NCBI GenBank assembly: GCA_023898425.1 | Contig: CP060222.1 | Coordinates: forward strand, 840,001 to 872,000 | Source: Candidatus Saccharimonadota bacterium | GTDB lineage: Bacteria > Patescibacteriota > Patescibacteriia > 2-12-FULL-60-25 | Reading direction: 5' to 3' | DNA: 32,000 nt | In this document: positions 1 to 11,980 of the stretch, in pieces | Layout of the letters: each line of letters opens with the position of its first letter | How positions within the stretch are numbered: the stretch's first letter is position 1 | Notes under the pieces: model-generated | Told to the model about the DNA's origin: nothing | Database searches by the model: none | Seen by the model: only the letters and a program-made list of their open reading frames with translations | Translations under genes and position numbers: made by a program

Positions 1-435
1 TCCTTAATTTTGCTTGGACCTTCAAATTTTCAGCGACACGTCTCTCCGTATGTAGCTCTAAATAAGCATCCTCGCGTACATGATGAAACATTGTTTTGTG
101 ATGAACTTGGACTGATACTGCATCAGAATTCACTCAATAAAAACATTAACATTCCGTGCATATTTAGCGATGCTCTACGCATCCCTTATGACAGCTTTGA
201 CGTACTCTTCAGATATGCCGTGCTCTTCGGCCGTTATGCAGAAGTTCCGCTAACTGTCCTAAGTCAGTCAGAATATCTCTGGATCGCCCTTTTGCAAGAC
301 ATATTACCGCACCTTTCGGTAACCATTCAATTTCAATCTCAATGTATCTACTGTCTTTATATCCGCTACAACGGACAAGAATCTAAACCCGTTACACTCA
401 ATACCCTTCAAGCCTCTTGGCTTTTTGGTCAATAA
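1..435 (+). CDS. hypothetical protein, C-terminal part (ORF open to the window edge)
   Basis: The frame is open from nt 1 to TAA 433-435. An intrinsic terminator on the same strand follows immediately. No recognisable motif. Confidence 0.4.
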   Translation, partial: SLILLGPSNFQRHVSPYVALNKHPRVHDETLFCDELGLILHQNSLNKNINIPCIFSDALRIPYDSFDVLFRYAVLFGRYAEVPLTVLSQSEYLWIALLQDILPHLSVTIQFQSQCIYCLYIRYNGQESKPVTLNTLQASWLFGQ

Positions 436-465
436 CCTCCAGTTTATGGAGGTTTTTCTTTCTTG
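434..465 (+). terminator. intrinsic terminator
   Basis: Stem AACCTCCA (434-441), loop GTTTA, stem TGGAGGTT (447-454), then TTTTTCTTTCTT. The T-tail is present only on the plus strand. Confidence 0.6.
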
Positions 466-512
466 ACGTGCAACGAAGTTCGGCATAACGTCGTTTAGAC
501 AGGAGGGTCATC

Positions 513-1049
513 ATGTCCAATGACTATCAGAAACCGTTCTTTCTCGAAGTACCTTCACATTTTTTTCGCTGCACCGATGAACTACATAATGTGCGCGACA
601 ACCTATTGATAGAGGTGGCTAGTAACGCTGACAGCTTCATGATCAGAGGTCCGGCACTCCTCTCAAAAGGCTTTCATATTCGCTTCTCAAACCGATCAAA
701 AGCGAAGAGCGCTAGCTTACATCTCATGATATCCATCGAACCAAGAATAATTTTTGATTTTGATGAAGCTGAGATTAACACCGCCTATCTAGAGCTATTG
801 CAAGACATAGAAAACGAAGATGACTATACAGCAAATCAGATATGCTGCACCGTAGCACTACGTGAATTGTTTGAGCATCAACGTCTCGCACTCAGGCTTG
901 ATATGAAGCACCGTCGGCTCTACGCGCACATGAACAGGAGGCATTACGATCCGTCCTTTGTTGAACTTGAGGCATTTCAGATGCGTTGGCTTGCGATGCA
1001 AAAACCCACTCAACAAACTTCATCGTCTGTCCGACGAAAGCAAAAATAA
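513..1049 (+). CDS. hypothetical protein (178 aa)
   Basis: ATG preceded by AGGAGG at 7 nt spacing, one of the few clear SD sites in the window. The stop overlaps the next ATG (TAATG at 1047-1051). Confidence 0.6.
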   Translation: MSNDYQKPFFLEVPSHFFRCTDELHNVRDNLLIEVASNADSFMIRGPALLSKGFHIRFSNRSKAKSASLHLMISIEPRIIFDFDEAEINTAYLELLQDIENEDDYTANQICCTVALRELFEHQRLALRLDMKHRRLYAHMNRRHYDPSFVELEAFQMRWLAMQKPTQQTSSSVRRKQK

Positions 1050-1518
1050 TGAGTGATGATTGCTATATTGAATTCATCTCTCATGAATACGATTTGCGAG
1101 AGAATCGATTCATTATCCCCATCCAAAAACAGAAACTCTTCGGGGTAAAAACAAAGACAAAAAGAATATCCTTTTGGAGAATATTCACTTGTTTGTCTTT
1201 GCGCCCACGCGAGAAGTTACTCAAACGCTTGAATGGGAATATAAAACCAAGTCACCGCTCAAACACACGGTCAACCACAACTACACAGCTTTGCGATGTA
1301 AATCCACCACTCCAGACTACCTTGATTTCTTGAGACTAGGTAAGGATGATTTAGCCAAGCTGTACAATGTGTATGACGCCTTAATGTGCAATGGCATTCA
1401 TTGTGGCATCGAAACCATCAAAGGGATTCCGTACTTTTGTCTTTATCAATTCAAAGCACGTTTAACCGCGTGGCCATTAAGTCCGATAAAGCTCGCTTGG
1501 CTCACCTACATCTACTGA
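1049..1518 (+). pseudogene. hypothetical protein, about 156 aa if one base is restored (frame change between 1087 and about 1175)
   Basis: MSDDCYIEFISHEYDLRENRF... (frame of 1049) continues as ...LENIHLFVFAPTREVTQTLEWEYK... (frame of 1174). The A-rich run aaaaacaaagacaaaaagaa lies in the overlap. Length plus 1 nt is divisible by 3. Confidence 0.4.
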
Positions 1519-1563
1519 TGGGGTGGGTCTTTTCTTTTGCTCCAAAATAGCCATGATAGCCTT

Positions 1564-3024
1564 ATGCAAACGATTCAAGAAGGAATTCAGCTTATTGCAA
1601 CCGAAGTAGCAAAACTTCAGGCCGTATCAGGATGGACAGGATCGCCTCGAGCGCTGCTTGTGGGTGGCTATGTTCGTGACATGCTCCTTGAAGTAGAGAC
1701 AGATGATGCCGATATCGAGATCTATGGCCTAGAACCTCAAAGACTAGAAGAACTCTTGCAACGATTATTTGTTGGGCGTGTACACCTTGTTGGTCGTCAA
1801 TTTGGTGTATTTCATATCCCCTGCTCAAACGGAACTCTTGATGTTGCTATACCGAGACGCGAATCAAAAATCGCTGCCGGTCATCGTGGTTTTGAAGTTA
1901 CGGGTGACCCGACCATGTCTTTTGAAGACGCGGCGCGTCGTCGTGATTTTACGATGAATGCTATTTTCCAGGATCCTCTTACAAAAAAGCTCATCGACCC
2001 TTATAACGGGCAAGAGGCTATTCGCTTGCGACAGCTACGCGTCGTAAATACGCAGACCTTTATCGAGGATCCATTGCGCCTTTATCGTGCGGCTCAATTT
2101 GTTGCGCGTTTCGGTCTAGATATCGAAGGCGAGACCCTCGAATTACTAAAAACCATGAATAAAAATGGTAGTTTAGATGAGTTACCGTCAGAGCGTATTA
2201 CCGATGAATTAAAAAAACTTCTCCTCTCCGATAAGCCTTCACTTGGCTTCGAAATGCTTAAGACCACAGGCGTTATTGATCGTTATCATCCTGAACTCGC
2301 CAAACTTAAAGAGACTCCCCAAGAACCTGAGTGGCATCCAGAAGGTGACGTATGGATTCACACAATGATGGTTATTGATCAAGCGGCGCTACTGTCTACA
2401 CGTGACAATCTTACGCCGTCACAAAAACTCCAGTGTGTTCTTGGTGCGCTTTGTCATGACCTTGGCAAGGCATTGACCACCGCTCCGCAAGAAAAAGATG
2501 GCATCATACGCATGCGATCACTCGGTCACGAAAAAGCCGGCGTCGAACCAACACGAACATTATTAAGCCGTTTTACTTTTGGTGAAGACGTAAATCTTTT
2601 TTGCGAATATGTCGCGCACTATCACTTACAACCAACCGCGCTTTTTCGTGAATGGGAAAAAGGCAATCTTTCAGAAGGCGGATATGAAAATGCCGTTCGT
2701 AAATTTTTAAAAAAGATTTTACCTTATGACTGGAAAATCTTTTTACTTTGTTGTGAGGCCGACTATCGTGGACGAACATTGCCAGATATAGAAAATGATC
2801 CGTTTGAAATTGGTAAAAAATTTTATGATACCGTCCAAACATTTAACCTCGATGCTGCTGCTAAAACACTTCTTGTCACCGGCGAGGAGCTGATTCAACT
2901 TGGTGTACAACCAGGTAAACACTTAGGTAATTTACTACGCACCGTTGAGAATGAACGTGATAGCGGACGCATTAAAACAAAAGAAGAAGCGCTCGCGTTT
3001 CTTCAACAAGAAGGCTTATTATGA
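1564..3024 (+). CDS. cca: CCA-adding tRNA nucleotidyltransferase (class II NTase head plus HD domain)
   Basis: GGYVRDMLL...DADIEIYG and RRDFTMNA NTase motifs, and an HD motif CHDLGK. ATG 1564 is preferred over TTG 1537. Confidence 0.8.
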   Translation: MQTIQEGIQLIATEVAKLQAVSGWTGSPRALLVGGYVRDMLLEVETDDADIEIYGLEPQRLEELLQRLFVGRVHLVGRQFGVFHIPCSNGTLDVAIPRRESKIAAGHRGFEVTGDPTMSFEDAARRRDFTMNAIFQDPLTKKLIDPYNGQEAIRLRQLRVVNTQTFIEDPLRLYRAAQFVARFGLDIEGETLELLKTMNKNGSLDELPSERITDELKKLLLSDKPSLGFEMLKTTGVIDRYHPELAKLKETPQEPEWHPEGDVWIHTMMVIDQAALLSTRDNLTPSQKLQCVLGALCHDLGKALTTAPQEKDGIIRMRSLGHEKAGVEPTRTLLSRFTFGEDVNLFCEYVAHYHLQPTALFREWEKGNLSEGGYENAVRKFLKKILPYDWKIFLLCCEADYRGRTLPDIENDPFEIGKKFYDTVQTFNLDAAAKTLLVTGEELIQLGVQPGKHLGNLLRTVENERDSGRIKTKEEALAFLQQEGLL

Positions 3025-3870
3025 CGTATAAAACATCTTTACTTGAGGCGCCATTTAAAGACGGATTGATTCGCGGCACCATTACTGAACGAACTCCCCC
3101 TACCCCCTCTTTTACTAAAGAGGGGGCTGAACACAAATTAAAGACACTCGTTTGCGTTCATGGGTTTGAGTGGCCGGCAAGCATTGATCAAAAATTTCGT
3201 GTCCTTGCCGAAGAATTACCGAAGCACGGTTATCGCGTGATTCGTTTTGATTATCGCGGCAATGGATTATCTGACGGAAAGTTTCGTGACACACGTATTG
3301 CAACCATGCTCGAAGATCTTTCTTTGGTTCTCGATCATGTTGCACCAGACGAAAATGTTGAGATCGCAAGTTACAGCATCGGTACAGCCATCACATCGTT
3401 GTACTGGAAAAATAATCCATCACGTATCGGAAAGATTATTTTCTTTGGTGCAGCTTTTGATCATGCGAGCATCAGTCGTTTTGTAACGCTGAAACGCGCG
3501 CTGCTTACTCTCCCTTTCGTTCGATTCACCCCGCGCGCTCTCTCGTAGAGAGGGTTGCTTGGCGATTCAAACAATGTGCCCTGATTGATAAGATTTTGAA
3601 AAACCGTTTCATCCAACAAAATTCTCACATGAGATTTCTTCAGATTTTTATCGTGACCTTCTTGATCTCAATGTAAATCCGATTGCTGAGACCATTCCGC
3701 AAGAACAACGCGCTCTTGTGCACGGTGATCGAGATCATTCTTCGCCGCGTCAAAATGTCACCGCTACCTTTGAAAACGAGATTGTGGTGAAAAACGGTGA
3801 CCATCACCTAGAAAAACCAGCCTTTATTGAACAGTGGTTGCCGTTTGTGAAGAGGTTTTTGGGTATTTAA
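3021..3870 (+). pseudogene. alpha/beta-fold hydrolase, interrupted by two -1 frame changes (about 283 aa if restored)
   Basis: The N-terminal part (VCVHGFEW, ASYSIGTA nucleophile-elbow-like) is in frame 0 to about 3545. The middle piece ...SLVERVAWRFKQCALIDKILKNRF is in frame -1. The C-terminal piece ...ALVHGDRDHSSP...NGDHHLEKP...FLGI ends at TAA 3868-3870 in the third frame. ATGA overlap with cca. Confidence 0.6.
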
Positions 3871-3915
3871 TAGTAAGGGCTTTTCTTTTTCTTTAAAAAA
3901 GACTACTCTCCGGCC

Positions 3916-4122
3916 ATGAAGATTTTTACGTGGCGCCAAAGAGTCTGGGTCATTTTGACAAATCTCGTCATGATTGGCGTATTTGCCGGCATTGGCTATT
4001 GGCTTGATGTAAAGTTCGACAAGAAACCCCTCTTTTTGATTCTTGGTGTTCTTACCTCATTTCCATTAGGACAGTGGATCTTGATTAAAATCCTCAAAAG
4101 CGAGCATACTAACGGCCGATAA
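3916..4122 (+). CDS. small two-TM membrane protein at the head of the atp operon (AtpZ/AtpI-like)
   Basis: 68 aa with two hydrophobic helices, positioned directly upstream of atpB. Confidence 0.55.
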   Translation: MKIFTWRQRVWVILTNLVMIGVFAGIGYWLDVKFDKKPLFLILGVLTSFPLGQWILIKILKSEHTNGR

Positions 4123-4135
4123 ATCGCCAAACCCT

Positions 4136-4915
4136 ATGTTAAATATCCAACTCCCCTCCGAAGTCCTCTTCAATATCGGACCTCTGCCTGTCACAAATAG
4201 CATGCTAGCAACAACTGCGATTACGCTTTTTGTGGCTATTTTTGCTGTTTGGTTTCGTTATACGTTAAAGATTGTGCCACGTCGTGCACAAACGACGATG
4301 GAAGTTGTTCATGGGTTTTGGATCAAACAAGCCACGGCGGCTTTTGGCTCAGAAGAGCTCGCAAAAAAGATGCTCCCGATGTTCTTTACCTTGTTTATTT
4401 TGCTAACATTAGCCAATCAATTTGCTTTAATCCCTCTTGCTGGATCTGTGTTCTTCGGTAGCGTGCCAGCTTTTAGAACGCCAACCTCAGATCTTTCTCA
4501 TACGATTGCCCTTGCGATTGCGGTAATTGCTTTTGCACATATCGTAGCTTTTACCGCACATCCTCTACAGCATCTCGGAAATTACATTAAAATAAAACCC
4601 CTTTTGCAAGTTCGCTCGCTAAAGGACTTTGGTAATGCCTTGATTGAGGTCTTTTTAGGTCTTATGGACATTATTGGCGAGATCGCCAAGGTCCTTTCGC
4701 TCTCTGGTCGTCTCTTTGGAAATATTTTTGCCGGGGATGTGATGGTGGTTGTTATTGCTTCTTTGGCTGCGGCAACCTATTATTTTGTGCCAATTCCTTT
4801 CATTTTTCTTAGTCTTTTCTCTGGTTTTGTTCAGGCCGCGGTGTTCACCATGCTCTCGATGCTCTTCATTGCCGGTACCGCTGGAACAGCGCTACAAGAG
4901 AGGGCGAGTAAATAG
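4136..4915 (+). CDS. atpB: F0F1 ATP synthase subunit a
   Basis: Multi-TM protein with the conserved LSGRLFGNIFAGD arginine motif. Confidence 0.93.
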   Translation: MLNIQLPSEVLFNIGPLPVTNSMLATTAITLFVAIFAVWFRYTLKIVPRRAQTTMEVVHGFWIKQATAAFGSEELAKKMLPMFFTLFILLTLANQFALIPLAGSVFFGSVPAFRTPTSDLSHTIALAIAVIAFAHIVAFTAHPLQHLGNYIKIKPLLQVRSLKDFGNALIEVFLGLMDIIGEIAKVLSLSGRLFGNIFAGDVMVVVIASLAAATYYFVPIPFIFLSLFSGFVQAAVFTMLSMLFIAGTAGTALQERASK

Positions 4916-4930
4916 TTGACGTTTTCTCGC

Positions 4931-4958
4931 AAAAAAGCCACAATCTTGTGGCTTTTTT
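4931..4958 (+). terminator. terminator-like hairpin between atpB and atpE
   Basis: AAAAAA-GCCACA-ATCT-TGTGGC-TTTTTT. Confidence 0.5.
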
Positions 4959-4982
4959 ATTTATTTTTATTGTATTATCTCT

Positions 4983-5213
4983 ATGGACATCGTATCCGCT
5001 AAAGTTATCGCTGCAGGTATTTGTATGGGTCTTGGTGCTATTGGTCCTGCTATTGGTGAAGGTATGGTTGCATCAAAGGCTATGGAAGCTATTGGTCGTA
5101 ACCCAGCAGTAGGTGACAAGATCATCCCAAACATGATCGTTGCTATGGCTATTACCGAATCAACCGGTATTTACGCTTTGGTTATTTCATTGATCATTCT
5201 TTTCGCCGTCTAA
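4983..5213 (+). CDS. atpE: F0F1 ATP synthase subunit c
   Basis: 76-aa hairpin proteolipid with a Gly-rich helix 1 (GLGAIGPAIGEG) and the carboxylate in AITESTGIYALV. Confidence 0.93.
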   Translation: MDIVSAKVIAAGICMGLGAIGPAIGEGMVASKAMEAIGRNPAVGDKIIPNMIVAMAITESTGIYALVISLIILFAV

Positions 5214-5234
5214 CGCGAGGCGCGCCATACCTCT

Positions 5235-5747
5235 ATGGAAGCTTTGCAAAAACTCGGCATTGATGGCGCCAGCATTCTTTTCTACTTGGTGAACTATGGT
5301 GTTTTGTTTTTTATCTTAAACAAATTCGTCATACGTCCGCTCACGAAGACAATGGATGAGCGCAGCAATCAAATCCGCACAAACCTTCAAGAAGCTGAGC
5401 AGCTACGCATCGACTTTCAAACAGAGATGGCGCGTAAGACTGCCGAAGCAAGTGATCGTGATCAACAATTAAATCACGACCTCACAGCAATTCGTGAAAA
5501 CGCTGAAAAACAAGCACAGCATTTGTTGAAAGAGGCGGAAAAACAACGCGAACAACTCCTCGCGAAAACAAATGAGGATATTGCCGGGATGAAAGATCGT
5601 CTTTTATCTGACATCGAGCGTGATCTTCTTGGTCGCATCGAAAGCATTGTTCGCCACGTGCTTGATGAGACACGCACGGACGAAAAAACCGTACAATCGA
5701 GCGTAAAGAATGCTTGGGACAAACTCAAACAATCTTCGAAGCTATGA
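5235..5747 (+). CDS. atpF: F0F1 ATP synthase subunit b
   Basis: N-terminal TM helix followed by a long charged coiled coil, in the expected operon position. Confidence 0.85.
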   Translation: MEALQKLGIDGASILFYLVNYGVLFFILNKFVIRPLTKTMDERSNQIRTNLQEAEQLRIDFQTEMARKTAEASDRDQQLNHDLTAIRENAEKQAQHLLKEAEKQREQLLAKTNEDIAGMKDRLLSDIERDLLGRIESIVRHVLDETRTDEKTVQSSVKNAWDKLKQSSKL

Positions 5748-6214
5748 TCTCGCAACGTGTTCGTGATGAACTCTTCACCTTTTTAACAGAAGACTTCAAC
5801 ATTTTTCTCAATACGGTTGATGCATCATTCTTCGCAAGCTCACCTCGTCGTCGTCAACAAGCACTTGATCTTTTTACCGAAAAACACTCAACGGCTATTA
5901 AGATTACGGTAAAACTTTTTATCACCGGCAGCTATCACGAATTAAGTACAAGACTTTATCGTTTAGCAAAAGCCTTTGGTAAGCCAAAACTCCTTATCAT
6001 TCAAAGTGCGGCAACGCCTTCGACAGAACAGCGTGACGGCATGATTCATGCCCTTACAGAAAAATATCCGAAAGCGATTATTCAACAGCGTGTATCACCA
6101 GAACTGTATGGCGGTATGCGACTCTTCTTAGACGGTACGCTTTTGGATGAAACGTGGAACGGTACCCTAGGTAAACTGATGCAATCGATTCAACAACGTC
6201 TCTATGTCTCGTAA
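5744..6214 (+). CDS. atpH: F0F1 ATP synthase subunit delta
   Basis: ATGA overlap with atpF. The C-terminal ...ELYGGMRLFLDGTLLDETW resembles the delta/OSCP C-terminus. Expected operon position. Confidence 0.8.
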   Translation: MISQRVRDELFTFLTEDFNIFLNTVDASFFASSPRRRQQALDLFTEKHSTAIKITVKLFITGSYHELSTRLYRLAKAFGKPKLLIIQSAATPSTEQRDGMIHALTEKYPKAIIQQRVSPELYGGMRLFLDGTLLDETWNGTLGKLMQSIQQRLYVS

Positions 6215-7712
6215 CTCTCTACAATCCCTTATCACCGCTATCGATCAATCGCTTTCGCAAGACAAGCGTGAATCGACACCAGTACAAAGCGGGCTCATCC
6301 GTTCTACCAAGGACGGCATTATTGAAATAATCGCTTTGCCAGGCTTATCCCTCGGCGAAGTGCTTCAGATTGAAGAAGCTGATGCGAAAGCATTGGTGAT
6401 GAATATCGAAGCTGATGGCGGTCTTGCCGTGGTCTTAAACAATAGCCAGCGCGTAAAAGAAGGTCAGGCCATTAAACAAACGGGCTCAACACTTTCTATC
6501 CCTGTTGGTGATGAAATGCTCGGCCGCGTTGTTGACTCTCTTGGTCAAGCAATCGATGAAGGCAAGCCTATTTCTACCAAACATCTTCGTCCTATCGAGC
6601 AAATTGCTCCAGACGTAATGTCTCGTTCTCCTGTTGAGACACCTGTGCAAACAGGCATCTTAGCGATTGATGCGCTTATCCCTGTTGGTCGTGGTCAGCG
6701 CGAGTTGATTATCGGTGATCGTCAGACGGGTAAAACAACCATTGCTATTGATACCATCATCAACCAAAAAGATCAGAACATGATTTGTGTGTACGTTGCC
6801 ATTGGTCAACGTGATAGCAAAACGGCTGAAGTTGTTCGTACGCTTCGTGAACACGGCGCACTCGACTATACGGTAGTTGTGTCTTCAAGCGCATCGTCTC
6901 CGGCGATTATGCAATTCTTGTCACCATATTCTGGCTGTGCAATTGCTGAACATTTCTTACATCAAGGCAAAGACGTGCTTATTGTCTACGATGATCTCTC
7001 AAAACATGCTGTTGCTTATCGTGAATTGTCACTCTTGCTTCGTACGCCACCTGGTCGTGAAGCCTATCCTGGTGATGTCTTCTACTTGCACTCACGTCTC
7101 TTAGAACGCGCCGTCAAGCTTGATGAAAAACTTGGCGGAGGCTCAATCACCGCTCTTCCAATTGTCGAAACGCAGGCTGGAGATGTCTCGGCATATATTC
7201 CAACAAATGTGATCTCGATTACTGATGGTCAAATCTTCTTGGATACGACCTTGTTCTATCGTGGTATTCGTCCTGCTATTAACGTCGGTATCTCGGTCTC
7301 ACGTGTTGGTTCTGCGGCACAGACCAATATCATGAAGAAAACATCGGGTACAACGAAACTTGATCTTGCACAATTTAATGAGTTGGCTGCCTTCTCACAA
7401 TTTGCGAGTGAGCTCGATGACGCAACCAAAAAGCAACTCACCCGCGGACAACGCACGGTAGAAGCGCTTAAACAAAAAGCCCATAAGCCTCTCTCGCTTT
7501 GGAAAGAAGTCGCAACCCTCTGGGCAGCAAAAGAAGGCGCGCTCGACAATGTAGAGCCACAAGAAGTACGTAAATTTATTGAACTCTTCTTGATCCATCT
7601 TGAAACGCACGAAGCAGAACTCGTAAAAACCATTCAAGAAGGACAAAAGTTAACGGACGAAGTTGCTGATGCGCTCAAAGGAGCTATCAAACGCTTCTTC
7701 CAAGCAAACTAG
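6204..7712 (+). CDS. atpA: F0F1 ATP synthase subunit alpha
   Basis: Walker A GDRQTGKT; strongly alpha-like sequence throughout (PGREAYPGDVFYLHSRLLERA). Confidence 0.97.
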   Translation: MSRNSLQSLITAIDQSLSQDKRESTPVQSGLIRSTKDGIIEIIALPGLSLGEVLQIEEADAKALVMNIEADGGLAVVLNNSQRVKEGQAIKQTGSTLSIPVGDEMLGRVVDSLGQAIDEGKPISTKHLRPIEQIAPDVMSRSPVETPVQTGILAIDALIPVGRGQRELIIGDRQTGKTTIAIDTIINQKDQNMICVYVAIGQRDSKTAEVVRTLREHGALDYTVVVSSSASSPAIMQFLSPYSGCAIAEHFLHQGKDVLIVYDDLSKHAVAYRELSLLLRTPPGREAYPGDVFYLHSRLLERAVKLDEKLGGGSITALPIVETQAGDVSAYIPTNVISITDGQIFLDTTLFYRGIRPAINVGISVSRVGSAAQTNIMKKTSGTTKLDLAQFNELAAFSQFASELDDATKKQLTRGQRTVEALKQKAHKPLSLWKEVATLWAAKEGALDNVEPQEVRKFIELFLIHLETHEAELVKTIQEGQKLTDEVADALKGAIKRFFQAN

Positions 7713-7715
7713 TCT

Positions 7716-10377
<2,662 letters not shown>

Positions 10378-10379
<2 letters not shown>

Positions 10380-10402
10380 CGCCCTCTGGGCGTTATTGTT
10401 TT
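10378..10402 (+). terminator. intrinsic terminator of the atp operon
   Basis: Stem AGCGCCC, loop TCT, stem GGGCGTT, followed by ATTGTTTT. Confidence 0.55.
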
Positions 10403-10441
10403 ACTTGCCTACTTTGCTCTAAAAGACTAGCCTATCTGCAT

Positions 10442-11023
10442 ATGATGAAAACCTACGAAGCAAAAACCTTTGCTCTTGAAGAGCTCGAAGGCCTCAGCGC
10501 AAAACAAATCGAAGAACACCTTAAGCTCTATGCGGGCTATGTCAAAAATACTAACGCTCTCATCGAGAAAATTGAGACGCATAAGAAAAATTCTGAGTCG
10601 ATGATGATCGAGCTTTCAGAGCTCACGCGTCGCATGGGCTTTGAATGGAATGGCATGCGTCTCCACGAAATCTATTTTTCACAATTTGAAAAAGGTGGAG
10701 AATCAGCAACAGCACTTCAAGACGCTCTCGCAGCTCAATACGGCTCATTTGAAGCCTGGAAGCAGCAAGTAACGGCTACCGGCATGATGCGTGGCATTGG
10801 CTGGGTCTTACTTATTAACGACAAAGAATCAGGCAATCTCCACACGATTTGGGTAAGTGATCACGAATACGGCCATCTCGCAGGTACGGACATCCTCTTT
10901 GCAATGGATGTTTGGGAGCACGCTTATACCGTTGACTACACTCCAACTCAACGCGGAGCCTATATCGAGGCTTTTTGGAAGAATCTCAATTGGAGCAAAG
11001 TAGAGGCTCGTTACTCCCGTTAA
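10442..11023 (+). CDS. sod: Fe/Mn-family superoxide dismutase
   Basis: DVWEHAYTVDY C-terminal motif. Candidate metal ligands are EEH (N-terminal helix), RLHEIYF, D and H of DVWEH. Confidence 0.88.
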   Translation: MMKTYEAKTFALEELEGLSAKQIEEHLKLYAGYVKNTNALIEKIETHKKNSESMMIELSELTRRMGFEWNGMRLHEIYFSQFEKGGESATALQDALAAQYGSFEAWKQQVTATGMMRGIGWVLLINDKESGNLHTIWVSDHEYGHLAGTDILFAMDVWEHAYTVDYTPTQRGAYIEAFWKNLNWSKVEARYSR

Positions 11024-11050
11024 ATAACGGGCATCAAAGTATACTGTCAT

Positions 11051-11073
11051 AAAAACGGCTTCGGCCGTTTTTT
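11051..11073. terminator. bidirectional-looking intrinsic terminator
   Basis: AAAAACGGC-TTCG-GCCGTTTTTT. Confidence 0.7.
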
Positions 11074-11095
11074 AAGTATAACCACACACTCTACT

Positions 11096-11932
11096 ATGAA
11101 ATACACACCAAAAATCGCTTTACTTAGCCTCCTTGCAGCGACTCTGCTCGTAGGTACTGCTACCGCCGCATATATGCGCCTTAATACCACAAATCCTAGC
11201 AAAGCCGACGGAATCCCTTTTTCCATCGAACAACGCTCTGAAGTGCTAGCAGAAAATGACTTTCGTTCGCTATTACCAGAAAACCTTACCATCCAAGAAG
11301 TGCTTAGGGTTTCTGACTCTATACACATTGTCATTGCTTATACTCCACTTTCTGATGACGGTAACTATCACACCACGTTAAGCTTGTGGCGCGTAGATAA
11401 AGACAAAAATATCGCTGAGAATATCCACGAGTTTAGAAGCGATGTACCTGATGGACTCACAACAACTATTGAACGAAGCTTTAGCCGTAACGAATATATT
11501 CTTACCATCGATGAAGCGTGGGAAGGAATCCGTATTGTTGAGCGTATTACGCTTGATAAAGAAGGAAATATCGTTACGATTATTTCGCAATCATCGGACA
11601 TGGAATTTACCGTAAAGAGCAAAAATCATAGCTATACCGTTAAACCACAAGGTGAAACATGTCATGGCTCTAAATCACAGGCTCTTACAACACAGTCCGT
11701 CATCACGAAGCTCTTGGTTAACGATGAAGTTATTACCCTTAATAAACCTTACACGGTAAACTGTTCATTATCAGAAATGTACGGCGAGCAATGGGGCATA
11801 CTCTTTACGGACATCCATGTGAGTTCACTGGATTACTATAAGGAACGCTATATCTATATTCCTCTCTATAAGAGCGATCAAACTCTTAGCTTCGTACTCA
11901 AGCAAGATGGATCGATGGTGATTCACAAATAA
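11096..11932 (+). CDS. exported or membrane-anchored hypothetical protein (278 aa)
   Basis: N-terminal hydrophobic signal/anchor MKYTPKIALLSLLAATLLVGTATAAY. No known motif recognised. Confidence 0.6.
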   Translation: MKYTPKIALLSLLAATLLVGTATAAYMRLNTTNPSKADGIPFSIEQRSEVLAENDFRSLLPENLTIQEVLRVSDSIHIVIAYTPLSDDGNYHTTLSLWRVDKDKNIAENIHEFRSDVPDGLTTTIERSFSRNEYILTIDEAWEGIRIVERITLDKEGNIVTIISQSSDMEFTVKSKNHSYTVKPQGETCHGSKSQALTTQSVITKLLVNDEVITLNKPYTVNCSLSEMYGEQWGILFTDIHVSSLDYYKERYIYIPLYKSDQTLSFVLKQDGSMVIHK

Positions 11933-11934
11933 TG

Positions 11935-11965
11935 AAAACACTGCTCAACCGAGCAGTGTTTTTTA
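11935..11965 (+). terminator. intrinsic terminator
   Basis: AACACTGCTC-AACC-GAGCAGTGTT followed by TTTT. Confidence 0.75.
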
Positions 11966-11974
11966 TGTTACAAT
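11966..11974 (+). promoter_or_regulatory. extended -10 box (TGtTACAAT), 6 nt upstream of the corA ATG
   Basis: TG at 11966-67, TACAAT at 11969-74, ATG at 11981, no SD. Geometry predicts a leaderless transcript. Confidence 0.45.
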
Positions 11975-11980
11975 GTTCAC

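Noticed and set aside
304-486. A 60-aa minus-strand ORF, plus further protein-like fragments on the minus strand of 1-303 (for example ITAEEHGISEEYVKAVIRDA).
   Set aside because: The minus strand has stops in all frames and no consistent -1 repair path. The plus-strand frame is open for the whole stretch and ends exactly at a plus-oriented terminator. The 60-aa ORF also runs through that terminator hairpin.
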